Assembly (NCBI GenBank): GCA_903832855.1
Contig: CAILDB010000017.1
Location: forward strand, 4,992-68,991
Reading direction: 5' to 3'
From: an uncultured bacterium
GTDB lineage: Bacteria > Patescibacteriota > Minisyncoccia > Phycocordibacterales > GWA1-40-21
DNA length: 64,000 bases
The notes under the pieces were generated by a model. It was not told where the DNA came from, did not search any database, and saw only the letters and a program-made list of their open reading frames with translations. This document shows positions 27,159 through 36,188 of this stretch, in pieces. The translations under genes and the position numbers were made by a program. Each line of letters starts with the position of its first letter. The first letter of the stretch is position 1.

Positions 27159-28083
27159 TATAACAGTTTTAATATTACTTATCATTTGCGCTGTGCTAGG
27201 CGCGATTTTTATTTTTGTAAAACCGGAATCATCAAAAAATTTCCCGATAATAAAATTTGGCGAACCTGTAAAAACTTTTTCACCACAGCTCAGTGAAAAT
27301 GTGCAGGATTTAGTTTTGACAACGGATTCTTTCATTTCTGTTTTTGTGGGTAAGGACAATAAGCAGAAAATTCTCATTCAACAAAATAAAGATAAACCGC
27401 TACGAATTGCAAGTATTACAAAACTTACTTCTGCTCTTGTGATAAAAGATAATGTTAAGGATGGTGATGTCATCACAATAAACAAAAGTAATATTTCAGA
27501 AGCAGAAGGAAACTCCGGAAATTTTCAAGAAAATGAAAACTTTTTTGCGATGGATTTGATGAGAGCAATGCTCATACCTTCCGACAATATTGCAGCAAAA
27601 GCATTTGCAGAAAGTATTGGCACAGAAAAATTTGTTTTGCTTATGAATGAAGAAGCAAAAAAAGTAGGCATGAAAAACTCCGCGTTTTTTAATCCATCCG
27701 GCCTCGATTATCTCCCTTACGATTCGGGCTTCAACTACAGCACCCCCGAAGACATTGCCATTGAAATGCTTTACATAAAAAATAAATATCCGGATATTTT
27801 TGCTTTGACTACATTAAAAAACACAGAAGTTTGCAATTACCGCGGACTCGCATGTCGCACTCTGATCTCAACCGACCAACTTCTAAATTCCGCCGACTTT
27901 CCATTCAAAATTCTCGGTGCAAAAACCGGCTCCACTCCACTCGCCGGCAAAAATCTCGCAATGATTATTGAGGCCCCCGAAGGGCAGGGAATTATTGTAA
28001 ATGTTGTCTTAAACTCTCTTGACCACTTCGCCGATATGAAGAAGTTAACAAATTGGGTGGCGGATTCCTATAGTTGGAAATAA
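27139..28083 (+). CDS. D-alanyl-D-alanine carboxypeptidase (serine-type, S11/PBP5-like), membrane-anchored
   Basis: SITK (SxxK), SDN and KTG motifs in the correct order; N-terminal TM. Confidence 0.8.
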   Translation: MNQKKFNITVLILLIICAVLGAIFIFVKPESSKNFPIIKFGEPVKTFSPQLSENVQDLVLTTDSFISVFVGKDNKQKILIQQNKDKPLRIASITKLTSALVIKDNVKDGDVITINKSNISEAEGNSGNFQENENFFAMDLMRAMLIPSDNIAAKAFAESIGTEKFVLLMNEEAKKVGMKNSAFFNPSGLDYLPYDSGFNYSTPEDIAIEMLYIKNKYPDIFALTTLKNTEVCNYRGLACRTLISTDQLLNSADFPFKILGAKTGSTPLAGKNLAMIIEAPEGQGIIVNVVLNSLDHFADMKKLTNWVADSYSWK

Positions 28084-28150
28084 AATCTCGCAATAAAAAA
28101 GCACGCATTCTTTCGTTTGCGTGCTGTCCTGATTATCGACTTCGTGTCGG

Positions 28151-28477
28151 TTAGCAGGAATGTGCCGGCTTCTCCACCTTCAGTCCTGCCTTGAGGCAAA
28201 TAGACTTGGCAATCCAGACGGCGCTCTTGGTTGCGAAGTAGAACAGGGCCATCGCCACAGCCCCCACAAAGGCGGCTATGATTGCCATAAAGATGGTGCT
28301 TATTGCCCACGCAAAATATAGCTCGATGGAGTTCATGTTTACAAACGTCGTTGTATAGTCGCTGGCATACAACATATGTCCAGATTTAACTGACATGGAC
28401 TGGAGAGCGAGAAGAGCCCCCACAGCAACGGCGATACCTTGCTTGAAACAGATTTTCAAAAGACTATTCATTCTCAA
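28151..28477 (-). CDS. hypothetical membrane protein
   Basis: 108 aa, three hydrophobic helices. Confidence 0.45.
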   Translation of the reverse strand: MRMNSLLKICFKQGIAVAVGALLALQSMSVKSGHMLYASDYTTTFVNMNSIELYFAWAISTIFMAIIAAFVGAVAMALFYFATKSAVWIAKSICLKAGLKVEKPAHSC

Positions 28478-28626
28478 TTCCTTTCAGTTTGAATTTTACA
28501 CTCTCAATACTTGGCGCAATGCCAAATTATGAGTCTTTTACTATGATAGCATATCTAGGTTTAAAAGTCAAGCATTTTTAGCAAAAACTGAAAATAGCTT
28601 GGAAAATATAGCTCTTTTACCTTGCT

Positions 28627-28695
28627 TCTGTCATTCCTGCGAAGGCAAGAATCCAGAGAATCGGGGATGGATCCCGGCCTGCGCCGGGATGACAG
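28627..28695. repeat. two tandem hairpin repeat units
   Basis: tctgtcattcctgcgaaggcaagaatccagag + gatggatcccggcctgcgccgggatgacag. Confidence 0.7.
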
Positions 28696-28707
28696 AGAGG
28701 AGTAAGC

Positions 28708-28955
28708 GGAAAATAAAAAGCTAAAATTTTGTTAAATAAAACAAAACGAGCCAGTATTGTCATATTTTTGCGTCCGCAGGCGAGCTTGCAAGGCGCGATG
28801 TGGTGTAATTTTGTCGAAAGTATTCTTGAGACAAAACTATACCACAGCGCAAGCCGCCGAGGATTAAGAAATTTTCCGGCTGGGGAAAATTTCTGCACAA
28901 AAATATGACAATACTGGCTCGTTTTTATTTAACAAAATTTTAGCTTTTTATTTTC
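28708..28955. repeat. ~250-bp element with ~60-bp near-perfect terminal inverted repeats (MITE-like, or a long-hairpin RNA)
   Basis: Left arm gaaaataaaaagctaaaattttgttaaataaaacaaaacgagccagtattgtcatattttt; right arm is its reverse complement with one 4-nt indel; the core holds a second imperfect 28-bp hairpin. Confidence 0.5.
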
Positions 28956-28981
28956 ACAAAATTTTGCTATAATCACAAGAA

Positions 28982-29010
28982 CTGGATTCCCGTATTCACG
29001 GGAATGACAG
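28982..29010. repeat. hairpin repeat unit in the mraY 5' leader (ctggattcccgtattcacgggaatgacag)
   Basis: 11 nt upstream of the mraY ATG. Confidence 0.7.
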
Positions 29011-29020
29011 AGCGAATATT

Positions 29021-30088
29021 ATGACCACACTTAGTTTATTAAAAATATTTCTTCCGGCACTTATTTCTTTTTTGATTGGTATTTTTTCTGCGCCAGTACT
29101 CGCCGATTTTCTTTACAAAAATAAAATGTGGAAGAAAAAAGCAAAGACGGTTGCACTAGATGGCTCCGGCACACCAATTTTCAATTCACTTCACGCAATC
29201 CGCGAAACAAACACGCCGAGAATGGGCGGGGTTTTGATTTGGAGTTCGGCGGTCATCACAGTTATCATTTTCTGGCTTTTGGCGCACTTCATTCCGGAAA
29301 TTGCAAAAATAGATTTCCTAAGCAGAAGCCAAACATGGATTCCAATTTCAACTTTGCTTCTCGGCGCAATTATCGGACTTGTGGACGACTATCTAGAAAT
29401 TAACGGAGGTGGTGGCGCACTTGCCGGCGGGCTTTCTCTCAGGAAACGCCTCCTTCTCGTCGGAATAATTTCTTTTTTTGTAGCGCTATGGTTTTATTTC
29501 AAACTCGATGTTACAGGAATTGGAATGCCATTTGGTTTTCCAATCTTTGAACTCGGCTGGTTCTTTGTTCCTTTCTTTGTGCTAGTCGCACTCGCAATTT
29601 ATTCTGGAGGTGTAATAGATGGCATTGATGGACTTGCCGGAGGAATTTTTGCTTCAATTTTTTCCGGTTACGCAATCATCGCATTCATTCAAAATCAAAT
29701 AGATATTTCTGCTTTTTGTGCGGTGCTCGTCGGAGGAATTCTTGCATTTCTTTGGTACAATATCCCGCCAGCGAGATTTTATATGTCAGAGACAGGAAGT
29801 ATGGCACTTACCATCACCCTTGTCGTTATCGCCTTTATGACCGATGTGCGAGGTGAAGGTCACGGAGTAATTACACTTCTTATCATCGGTTTTCCACTTA
29901 TCGCCACAAGTTTGTCTGTTATTATTCAACTTCTTTCCAAAAAAATTCGTGGAAAAAAGATTTTTCTTGTCGCACCACTCCATCATCATTTTGAAGCAAT
30001 CGGCTGGCCTGCAAGCAAAGTTACAATGAGATACTGGGTGGTTGGTATTATTCTCACACTTGTCGGAGTAATTTTCGCTTTTTTGTAA
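29021..30088 (+). CDS. mraY: phospho-N-acetylmuramoyl-pentapeptide transferase
   Basis: VDDYLEING and APLHHHFE motifs; 10 TM. Confidence 0.9.
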   Translation: MTTLSLLKIFLPALISFLIGIFSAPVLADFLYKNKMWKKKAKTVALDGSGTPIFNSLHAIRETNTPRMGGVLIWSSAVITVIIFWLLAHFIPEIAKIDFLSRSQTWIPISTLLLGAIIGLVDDYLEINGGGGALAGGLSLRKRLLLVGIISFFVALWFYFKLDVTGIGMPFGFPIFELGWFFVPFFVLVALAIYSGGVIDGIDGLAGGIFASIFSGYAIIAFIQNQIDISAFCAVLVGGILAFLWYNIPPARFYMSETGSMALTITLVVIAFMTDVRGEGHGVITLLIIGFPLIATSLSVIIQLLSKKIRGKKIFLVAPLHHHFEAIGWPASKVTMRYWVVGIILTLVGVIFAFL

Positions 30089-30089
30089 A

Positions 30090-31208
30090 ATGTCAAAAGG
30101 GAATATAGATAAGTTTTTTCTTTTTACTTTTATCGGGCTTTTGGCTTTGGGCCTTTTGGCTTTTTTCTCTGCATCAATGGGTATTTATTCAAGTGATCCT
30201 ACACAATTTTGGAGAATAACTCTCAGCCATATTTCATTTGGTCTTATTGCTGGTATCATTGCTTGTTTTATTGCTTCAAAAATTAATTACAAATACTGGA
30301 GAAAATCTTCTCTCTATATTTTCATAATCTCAATCATTTTTGCCTGTCTCGTATTTGTACCACATATTGGTGTCTCAATAAACGGTGCAAAAAGATGGAT
30401 TGATGTTTTTGGTTTTTCAATACAGCCAATGGAATTTTTTAAAATTGGAATTTTAATTTTTTGGGCAACATGGCTATCGTTTGTAAAGGATAAAGTTTCC
30501 GAAATAAAATATGGTGTGCTTCCTTTTATTATTTTATCTGGAATTGTAGGAGCTATTGCACTTCTTCAGCCGGACACCGATTCCTTCGTTTTAATTATCG
30601 GCACAGCTTTTGCAATGTTTATGATTGCTGGAATTAAATGGAAGGATTTTATTATTTTGGCAATACTTGGCTCTGTTTTTATTTTAGGATTTATGTACAC
30701 AAAGCCGTATTTGCGAGACAGGGTTATGACCTTTTTCAACCCGACAGAAAACAGCCAGACGACAGGGTATCAGGTGCAACAGTCACTTATTGCCATCGGT
30801 TCAGGACAAATCACAGGCAGGGGATTCGGACAGAGTATTCAGAAGTATAAATATTTGCCTGAGTCTGTGAGCGATTCTATTTTTGCAGTTTATGGTGAGG
30901 AATTCGGTTTTGTTGGAACGACTTTTCTCGTTTTACTTTTAAGTTTGTTCGCATTTTTGGGTCTTAAAATAGCCATCAATTCAAAAGACAATTTCGGTGG
31001 ACTTTTAGCATTCGGAATTGTTATACTTATAGTATCGCAATCTTTTGTAAATATTGCGTCAATGGTAGGTGTCATACCGCTTTCAGGACTTCCACTTGTT
31101 TTCTTTAGTCACGGAAGTTCGGCAATGCTTTCCGCAATGATTATGGTTGGAATAGTCTTAAATATTTCAAAATTTAAAAAGCCATTAAACACAGAAAATA
31201 AAAAATGA
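30090..31208 (+). CDS. ftsW: FtsW/RodA (SEDS) family peptidoglycan glycosyltransferase
   Basis: Polytopic membrane protein; position between mraY and murG. Confidence 0.85.
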   Translation: MSKGNIDKFFLFTFIGLLALGLLAFFSASMGIYSSDPTQFWRITLSHISFGLIAGIIACFIASKINYKYWRKSSLYIFIISIIFACLVFVPHIGVSINGAKRWIDVFGFSIQPMEFFKIGILIFWATWLSFVKDKVSEIKYGVLPFIILSGIVGAIALLQPDTDSFVLIIGTAFAMFMIAGIKWKDFIILAILGSVFILGFMYTKPYLRDRVMTFFNPTENSQTTGYQVQQSLIAIGSGQITGRGFGQSIQKYKYLPESVSDSIFAVYGEEFGFVGTTFLVLLLSLFAFLGLKIAINSKDNFGGLLAFGIVILIVSQSFVNIASMVGVIPLSGLPLVFFSHGSSAMLSAMIMVGIVLNISKFKKPLNTENKK

Positions 31209-32329
31209 AAATATTATTAACAGGAGGGGGTTCGGGAGGGCATTTTTATCCGCTTATTGCTGTGGCTGAAGAGATAAATGAATTGGTTAAAGAAAAAAAC
31301 TTGCTTGAAGCGGAGATTTTCTTTATGTCCGATTCTCCATATGACGGCGAGGCGTTAGCACAAAATAATATTACTTTTATCAAAAGTCCTGCGGGGAAAC
31401 TAAGAAGATATTTTTCTATATTAAACTTTTTCGATTTCTTTAAGACAGCTTGGGGCGTAGTGTCTTGTCTTGTCAAAGTTTTTAATCTTTACCCCGATGT
31501 TATTTTCAGTAAAGGCGGATATGCAAGTTTTCCAGTTCTTTTTGCCGGAAGACTTTTGAAAATCCCAGTAGTAATACACGAGTCGGATAGTGTCCCAGGG
31601 AAGACAAATCTTTGGGCAGGGAAGTTTGCAAAGAAAATAGCAGTTTCTTATCCCGAGGCCGTGGAATTTTTTGATAAAAAGAAGGTTGCTTACACGGGAA
31701 ATCCTATAAGAAAAAGTGTAGAAAATTTGTCAGTTTCTGCCAAAGAAGTGATAGGTCTTACAGAAAATATTCCAACAATTCTTATTCTTGGCGGTTCACT
31801 TGGAGCTCAGCTTATAAATGAGGAAATAATCCAGATTCTCGCAAAACTTGTAGAAAAATACTATGTCATTCATCAGACAGGAAAAGCGAATATTGAAGAA
31901 GCGGTCAAAATGTCAGCTGTAGTTCTTTATGATTCTAAGTTCAAAGAAAGATACCGACCATATGATTATCTAAATGATTTGAATTTGAGTGTTGCTGCGG
32001 GTGCATCAAATTTGATAATTTCAAGAGCCGGTTCAACTATTTTTGAAATTGCAAATTGGGGAATTCCAAGTATTATCATTCCTATCACAGAATCAAACGG
32101 TGATCATCAGAGAAGAAATGCTTTCAATTATGCAAGAAGCGGTGGAGCAATAGTTATTGAAGAAGAAAATCTGGAGCCAAATATTTTGCTTTCGGAAATT
32201 GAGCGACTTATCACAAATCCAGAGCTTTTGAAAAAGATGTCGGAAGGTGCAAAATCATTCGCCAAAAAAGACGCCGCAAAAGTAATTGCTGAAGAAATAA
32301 TAAACATCGGGCTAACACATGAAAAATAA
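31205..32329 (+). CDS. murG: UDP-GlcNAc:lipid I N-acetylglucosaminyltransferase MurG
   Basis: MKILLTGGGSGGHFYPLIAVAEE. Confidence 0.9.
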   Translation: MKILLTGGGSGGHFYPLIAVAEEINELVKEKNLLEAEIFFMSDSPYDGEALAQNNITFIKSPAGKLRRYFSILNFFDFFKTAWGVVSCLVKVFNLYPDVIFSKGGYASFPVLFAGRLLKIPVVIHESDSVPGKTNLWAGKFAKKIAVSYPEAVEFFDKKKVAYTGNPIRKSVENLSVSAKEVIGLTENIPTILILGGSLGAQLINEEIIQILAKLVEKYYVIHQTGKANIEEAVKMSAVVLYDSKFKERYRPYDYLNDLNLSVAAGASNLIISRAGSTIFEIANWGIPSIIIPITESNGDHQRRNAFNYARSGGAIVIEEENLEPNILLSEIERLITNPELLKKMSEGAKSFAKKDAAKVIAEEIINIGLTHEK

Positions 32330-33668
32330 TATAGATGAAAATTCAGTATTGAGATTTCCTCCGAGCCCGACGGGCAATTTTCATATTGGAAATGCAAAAA
32401 CGGCGCTTTTCAATTATTTTTTGGCTAAAAAGTATGGTGCAAAACTAAAATTTAGACTAGAAGATACTGACAAGGAAAGATCAAAGAAAGAATATGAGGA
32501 CGACATAATTGCCGGCATTAAATGGCTTGGAATGGACATTGATTTATCAAGTCCTTATAGACAAACAGAACATTCCGGAACTTATCAAAAATATTTGGAA
32601 AAAATAATTTCAGAAGGGAAGGCATATGTCTCAAAAGAAGAGGTTGTGGAAGAAGGTCAAAGAGCCGAAGTGATTCGTCTGAAAAATCCCGGCAAGGAAG
32701 TGGTTTTTAATGATTTGATAAAAGGAGAAATTAAAATAGATACCAAAGAGCTTGGAGACTTTGTAATTGCAAAAAGTATTTCTGAACCGATTTATCATTT
32801 TGCTGTGGTTGTGGATGATTTTGAAATGGGAGTTACACATATTGTTCGAGGAGAAGACGGGCTTTACAATACACCTCGCCAAATACTGATTCAGGAAGCT
32901 ATTGGTGCTACAAGACCTGTTTACGCGCACGTTCCTTTCTTATTAAATGAAGATAGGTCAAAGATGTCCAAAAGACAGCTCGGTGAGATGGTTTCTGTAA
33001 GTTATTACAAAAAAATGGGTTATCTTCCGGAAGCCCTCGTGAACTTTCTTGCTCTTACCGGCTGGCATCCTGATGGAGAAAAGGAAATAATGTCTCTGGA
33101 TGAAATAATTGCGTCTTTTGATATTAGCAAAGTGCAAAAAGGAGGAGCAATTTTTAATAAAGAAAAGCTCTTGTGGATAAATAAAGAATATTTAAAAAAA
33201 CTTCCGAGAGAAAGATTGCTTTCTGAAATAAGATCTCGATTGCCGGAAAAATATTCCGATTTAGAAAAAGTAGAAAAACTTTTACCAACTATTTTAGACA
33301 GAATAAGTATCTTCTCTGATGTTGATAAAATGGTAGAAGCGGGGGAGTTGAAATATTTTTTTGAGAAACCAGAATATGAAAAAGCAGGGCTTATTTGGAA
33401 AACCTCAAGTGAGGACGAAACAAAAGAAAATCTAAAAAAGGTCTTGGAAGTAATTGGACTAGTGGATGATTTTGAATTTACAGGAGATAAGGTCAAGGAA
33501 GTGCTCTGGCCTATTGCTGAAAAAGTGGGAAAAGGCCAAATCTTGTGGCCGACGAGATTTGCACTCTCAGGAAAAGACAAATCACCGGATCCTTTTACTC
33601 TTATTGATATTCTCGGCAAAAAAGAAACTACAGAAAGACTCGTTCTTGCGATTAATAAGCTAACTTAA
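32319..33668 (+). CDS. gltX: glutamyl-tRNA synthetase
   Basis: RFPPSPTGNFHIGNAKTALFNYF (HIGH) and KMSKR. Confidence 0.9.
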   Translation: MKNNIDENSVLRFPPSPTGNFHIGNAKTALFNYFLAKKYGAKLKFRLEDTDKERSKKEYEDDIIAGIKWLGMDIDLSSPYRQTEHSGTYQKYLEKIISEGKAYVSKEEVVEEGQRAEVIRLKNPGKEVVFNDLIKGEIKIDTKELGDFVIAKSISEPIYHFAVVVDDFEMGVTHIVRGEDGLYNTPRQILIQEAIGATRPVYAHVPFLLNEDRSKMSKRQLGEMVSVSYYKKMGYLPEALVNFLALTGWHPDGEKEIMSLDEIIASFDISKVQKGGAIFNKEKLLWINKEYLKKLPRERLLSEIRSRLPEKYSDLEKVEKLLPTILDRISIFSDVDKMVEAGELKYFFEKPEYEKAGLIWKTSSEDETKENLKKVLEVIGLVDDFEFTGDKVKEVLWPIAEKVGKGQILWPTRFALSGKDKSPDPFTLIDILGKKETTERLVLAINKLT

Positions 33669-34946
33669 ATGCTCAGTCGTTTTGAGAAAAAACTTGTATT
33701 GGTTCTCATACCATTTTTTGTTTTTATGATATTTGCTACCAATACTTTCTCCGCAACAGTAGATGAATTAAAACAAAAAATTGATGAGACGACTGCAAGT
33801 AAGAAGGCTTTGGAAGATGAAATTGCCCAGTATCAGGCCCAAATCAAAGATATTGCGAATCAGGCAAATACTTTGGCAAATGCATTGAAAACCTTGACTA
33901 CTAATGAGAAAAAGATAAACACCCAAATAAGTTTAACTAAAAAAAATATTAATTCAAAAACTTTAGAAATAAAAAATTTGGGTGTTGACATAGGACAAAA
34001 AGAATTAAATATTGAAAATAATATTTTGACGATAGGGGAGTCGCTTCGGGGAATAAATGATGCGGACTCGGAATCCTTGATAGAGAACCTCCTGAAATAC
34101 AACGATCTTTCTGAATTTTGGACAAAGATAGAATATGCTTCACAATTTCAAGAGAGTTTGAGAAAAAATATTATTGAAACTCGAAATATTAAAATTAGTT
34201 TGGAAAAAGATAAAAAGGCGAGTGAAGCCAGCAAAAAATCTCTCCTAGCATATCAAAGCGACCTAAATGACCAGAAGAAACTTCTTCAAATAAACAAGAC
34301 TGATACAAACACTCTTTTGGCTGATACAAAAAACAAGGAATCAAATTATAAAAAAATAATTGCAGAAAAACAGGCCTTGAGTGCTGCGTTTGACAAAGAA
34401 CTCACTCAGTTTGAAGCGGATTTGAAATTAGCGATTGACCCAAATAGTTTTCCTTCATCGGGAAAGGGGATCTTGTCTTGGCCTGTTGATGATGTTTATA
34501 TTACTCAAAAGTTTGGAGATACTGAATTTGCAAAGACTGGTGCCTACAATGGAGGAGGGCATAACGGAGTTGATTTTCGGGCTCCTGTTGGTACAAAAAT
34601 AAAAGCAGCTCTTGGTGGAACAGTAGAAGCAACTGGAAATACAGATACTGTTTGCCCTGGGGCGTCTTATGGTAAATGGGTATTTATAAGACACAGTAAT
34701 GGTCTTGCTACAATTTACGGACATCTTTCACTTATCAAGGTATCGGCAGGTCAAGAAGTCTTTACTGGCGATACAATCGGATATTCCGGAATGACTGGAT
34801 TTAGTACCGGGCCGCATCTTCACTTTGGAGTTTATGCAAGTCAGGGTGTAAAAGTTATGGCGAGAAAAAGTTCTGTATGTAAAGGAACTTATACAATTCC
34901 AGTTGCAGATTTAAAAGCATATCTTGATCCTCTTGTGTATTTATAA
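33669..34946 (+). CDS. M23-family peptidase with N-terminal coiled coil (EnvC-like)
   Basis: Signal/TM, long coiled coil, then GGGHNGVDFRAPVGTKIKAALGGTV ... GPHLHFGVY of the M23 domain. Confidence 0.8.
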   Translation: MLSRFEKKLVLVLIPFFVFMIFATNTFSATVDELKQKIDETTASKKALEDEIAQYQAQIKDIANQANTLANALKTLTTNEKKINTQISLTKKNINSKTLEIKNLGVDIGQKELNIENNILTIGESLRGINDADSESLIENLLKYNDLSEFWTKIEYASQFQESLRKNIIETRNIKISLEKDKKASEASKKSLLAYQSDLNDQKKLLQINKTDTNTLLADTKNKESNYKKIIAEKQALSAAFDKELTQFEADLKLAIDPNSFPSSGKGILSWPVDDVYITQKFGDTEFAKTGAYNGGGHNGVDFRAPVGTKIKAALGGTVEATGNTDTVCPGASYGKWVFIRHSNGLATIYGHLSLIKVSAGQEVFTGDTIGYSGMTGFSTGPHLHFGVYASQGVKVMARKSSVCKGTYTIPVADLKAYLDPLVYL

Positions 34947-34993
34947 AATTTTTTTTGTTATAATAGGGGAGTTAAAAGTAATTTAATAACTAT

Positions 34994-35251
34994 ATGAAAA
35001 ATATCAAACAAAGAGGTTTAATCAAGATGATCATCCTCATAGTCATCGCACTTATCGTTCTAGGAGCCCTAGGGTTCAATTTGAAGGACATAGTTAGCTC
35101 TGAAAAGGTACAGGCGAACCTAAACTATGTATGGGGTTTGGTGGTGCTTGTCTGGAATAATTATTTAGCCTTCCCATTTATTTGGATATGGAATAATATT
35201 GTTGTAGGAATAATTTGGCATCTTATTTTAATTGCTGTGGGTAAAGTATAA
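34994..35251 (+). CDS. hypothetical small membrane protein
   Basis: 85 aa, two hydrophobic helices. Confidence 0.4.
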   Translation: MKNIKQRGLIKMIILIVIALIVLGALGFNLKDIVSSEKVQANLNYVWGLVVLVWNNYLAFPFIWIWNNIVVGIIWHLILIAVGKV

Positions 35252-35392
35252 TATACGCAAAATAAATATAAAAATTAAAACAGGCGGGGGAGACCTCGTC
35301 TTTTTGATTGTTTGAATTCCTATAGGCATAGTGGACGCAAGATATATTGTGGGACACGGTATACAAGGGCGAAACCCCTTCTCCCCCATTCA

Positions 35393-35427
35393 AAAGGCCC
35401 CCGAAATCAGATTTCGGGGGCCTTTTG
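35393..35427. terminator. bidirectional terminator aaaaggcccccgaaatc agatttcgggggcctttt
   Basis: 13-bp perfect stem with A-tract and T-tract on either side; same core as the dnaJ terminator. Confidence 0.6.
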
Positions 35428-35450
35428 CTTCTTCTATAATCTCCTCTATC

Positions 35451-35849
35451 TTACTTATTCACCGCGAGTAGCCTATCCTGACTAATCCTATAAGCAATTG
35501 TCTTTTTCCAACAGCTTGATGAAGAAATCCACGGTTGCCCGCCTTCCTTCTCATAAAGCCATTTGGCATATTGCATATTTCCTTCAGGTGTTTCAAGATC
35601 AAATCCAAGTTCCACGGCCTTGTCGCCATGATACTTCTCATTGATTTGCATTAGTCCCACGTCAGCAGGATTTACTGCACCTCGAAGCACTGTACCATCT
35701 GTATCATAATGCCTGAAGCTTGATTCACATTGCGCGATAGCTAGTAAGACAGGGTCATTCTTAAATATCACAAAAGAAGTATAACAGTTGTTGTAAGTTC
35801 TATCATATAATAAAATCAGGTTTCCCTGATTTCCTATATATACTAGCAC
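35451..35849 (-). CDS. lytic transglycosylase (SLT/lysozyme-like domain) protein
   Basis: AIAQCESSFRHYD...GAVNPADVGLMQIN is the SLT catalytic E-S and GLMQ signature; N-terminus may extend with a non-ATG start. Confidence 0.55.
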   Translation of the reverse strand: MLVYIGNQGNLILLYDRTYNNCYTSFVIFKNDPVLLAIAQCESSFRHYDTDGTVLRGAVNPADVGLMQINEKYHGDKAVELGFDLETPEGNMQYAKWLYEKEGGQPWISSSSCWKKTIAYRISQDRLLAVNK

Positions 35850-35980
35850 CTTTCATCTTTTCTGTCAAGCTAAAACACATGATTTTAACCCCGTCAAACA
35901 CGCCAAAATGGCTCAGTTGAGCCACATTTTACTTGATATTATCCCCTATTTGTGGTCTAAAATTTGACCTGTTTTCTTGT

Positions 35981-36179
35981 CTGTCATTCCGTTGGAGAAC
36001 GGAATCCATCCCCTCCGTCATTGCGAGTGAAATGTGAGGAAGCAAAAGTATTTGCTTCTGCAAGACTCATTGAGGGCTTTTGTGAGCAAAGCGAAACAAA
36101 AGACCCAATGAGTGGACAGTTTCTGTAAGAAAGCAATCCAGAGAATCAAAGATGGATCCCGGCCTCCGCCGGGATGACA
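35981..36179. repeat. cluster of hairpin units including one split by a ~100-bp nested insertion
   Basis: ctgtcattccgttggagaacggaatccatcc; ccgtcattgcgag[~100 bp]gaaagcaatccagag; gatggatcccggcctccgccgggatgacac. Confidence 0.65.
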
Positions 36180-36188
36180 CGAGGCGCG

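Noticed and set aside
28617-28898. 93-aa minus-strand ORF
   Set aside because: It lies across the hairpin units and the 250-bp inverted-repeat element; its sequence is dictated by the repeats and it has no coding character.
35290-35392. gggggagacc ... ccttctccccc long-range pairing as a possible structured RNA or riboswitch
   Set aside because: Only ~8 bp of complementarity and no downstream plus-strand gene; the adjacent bidirectional terminator explains the region.
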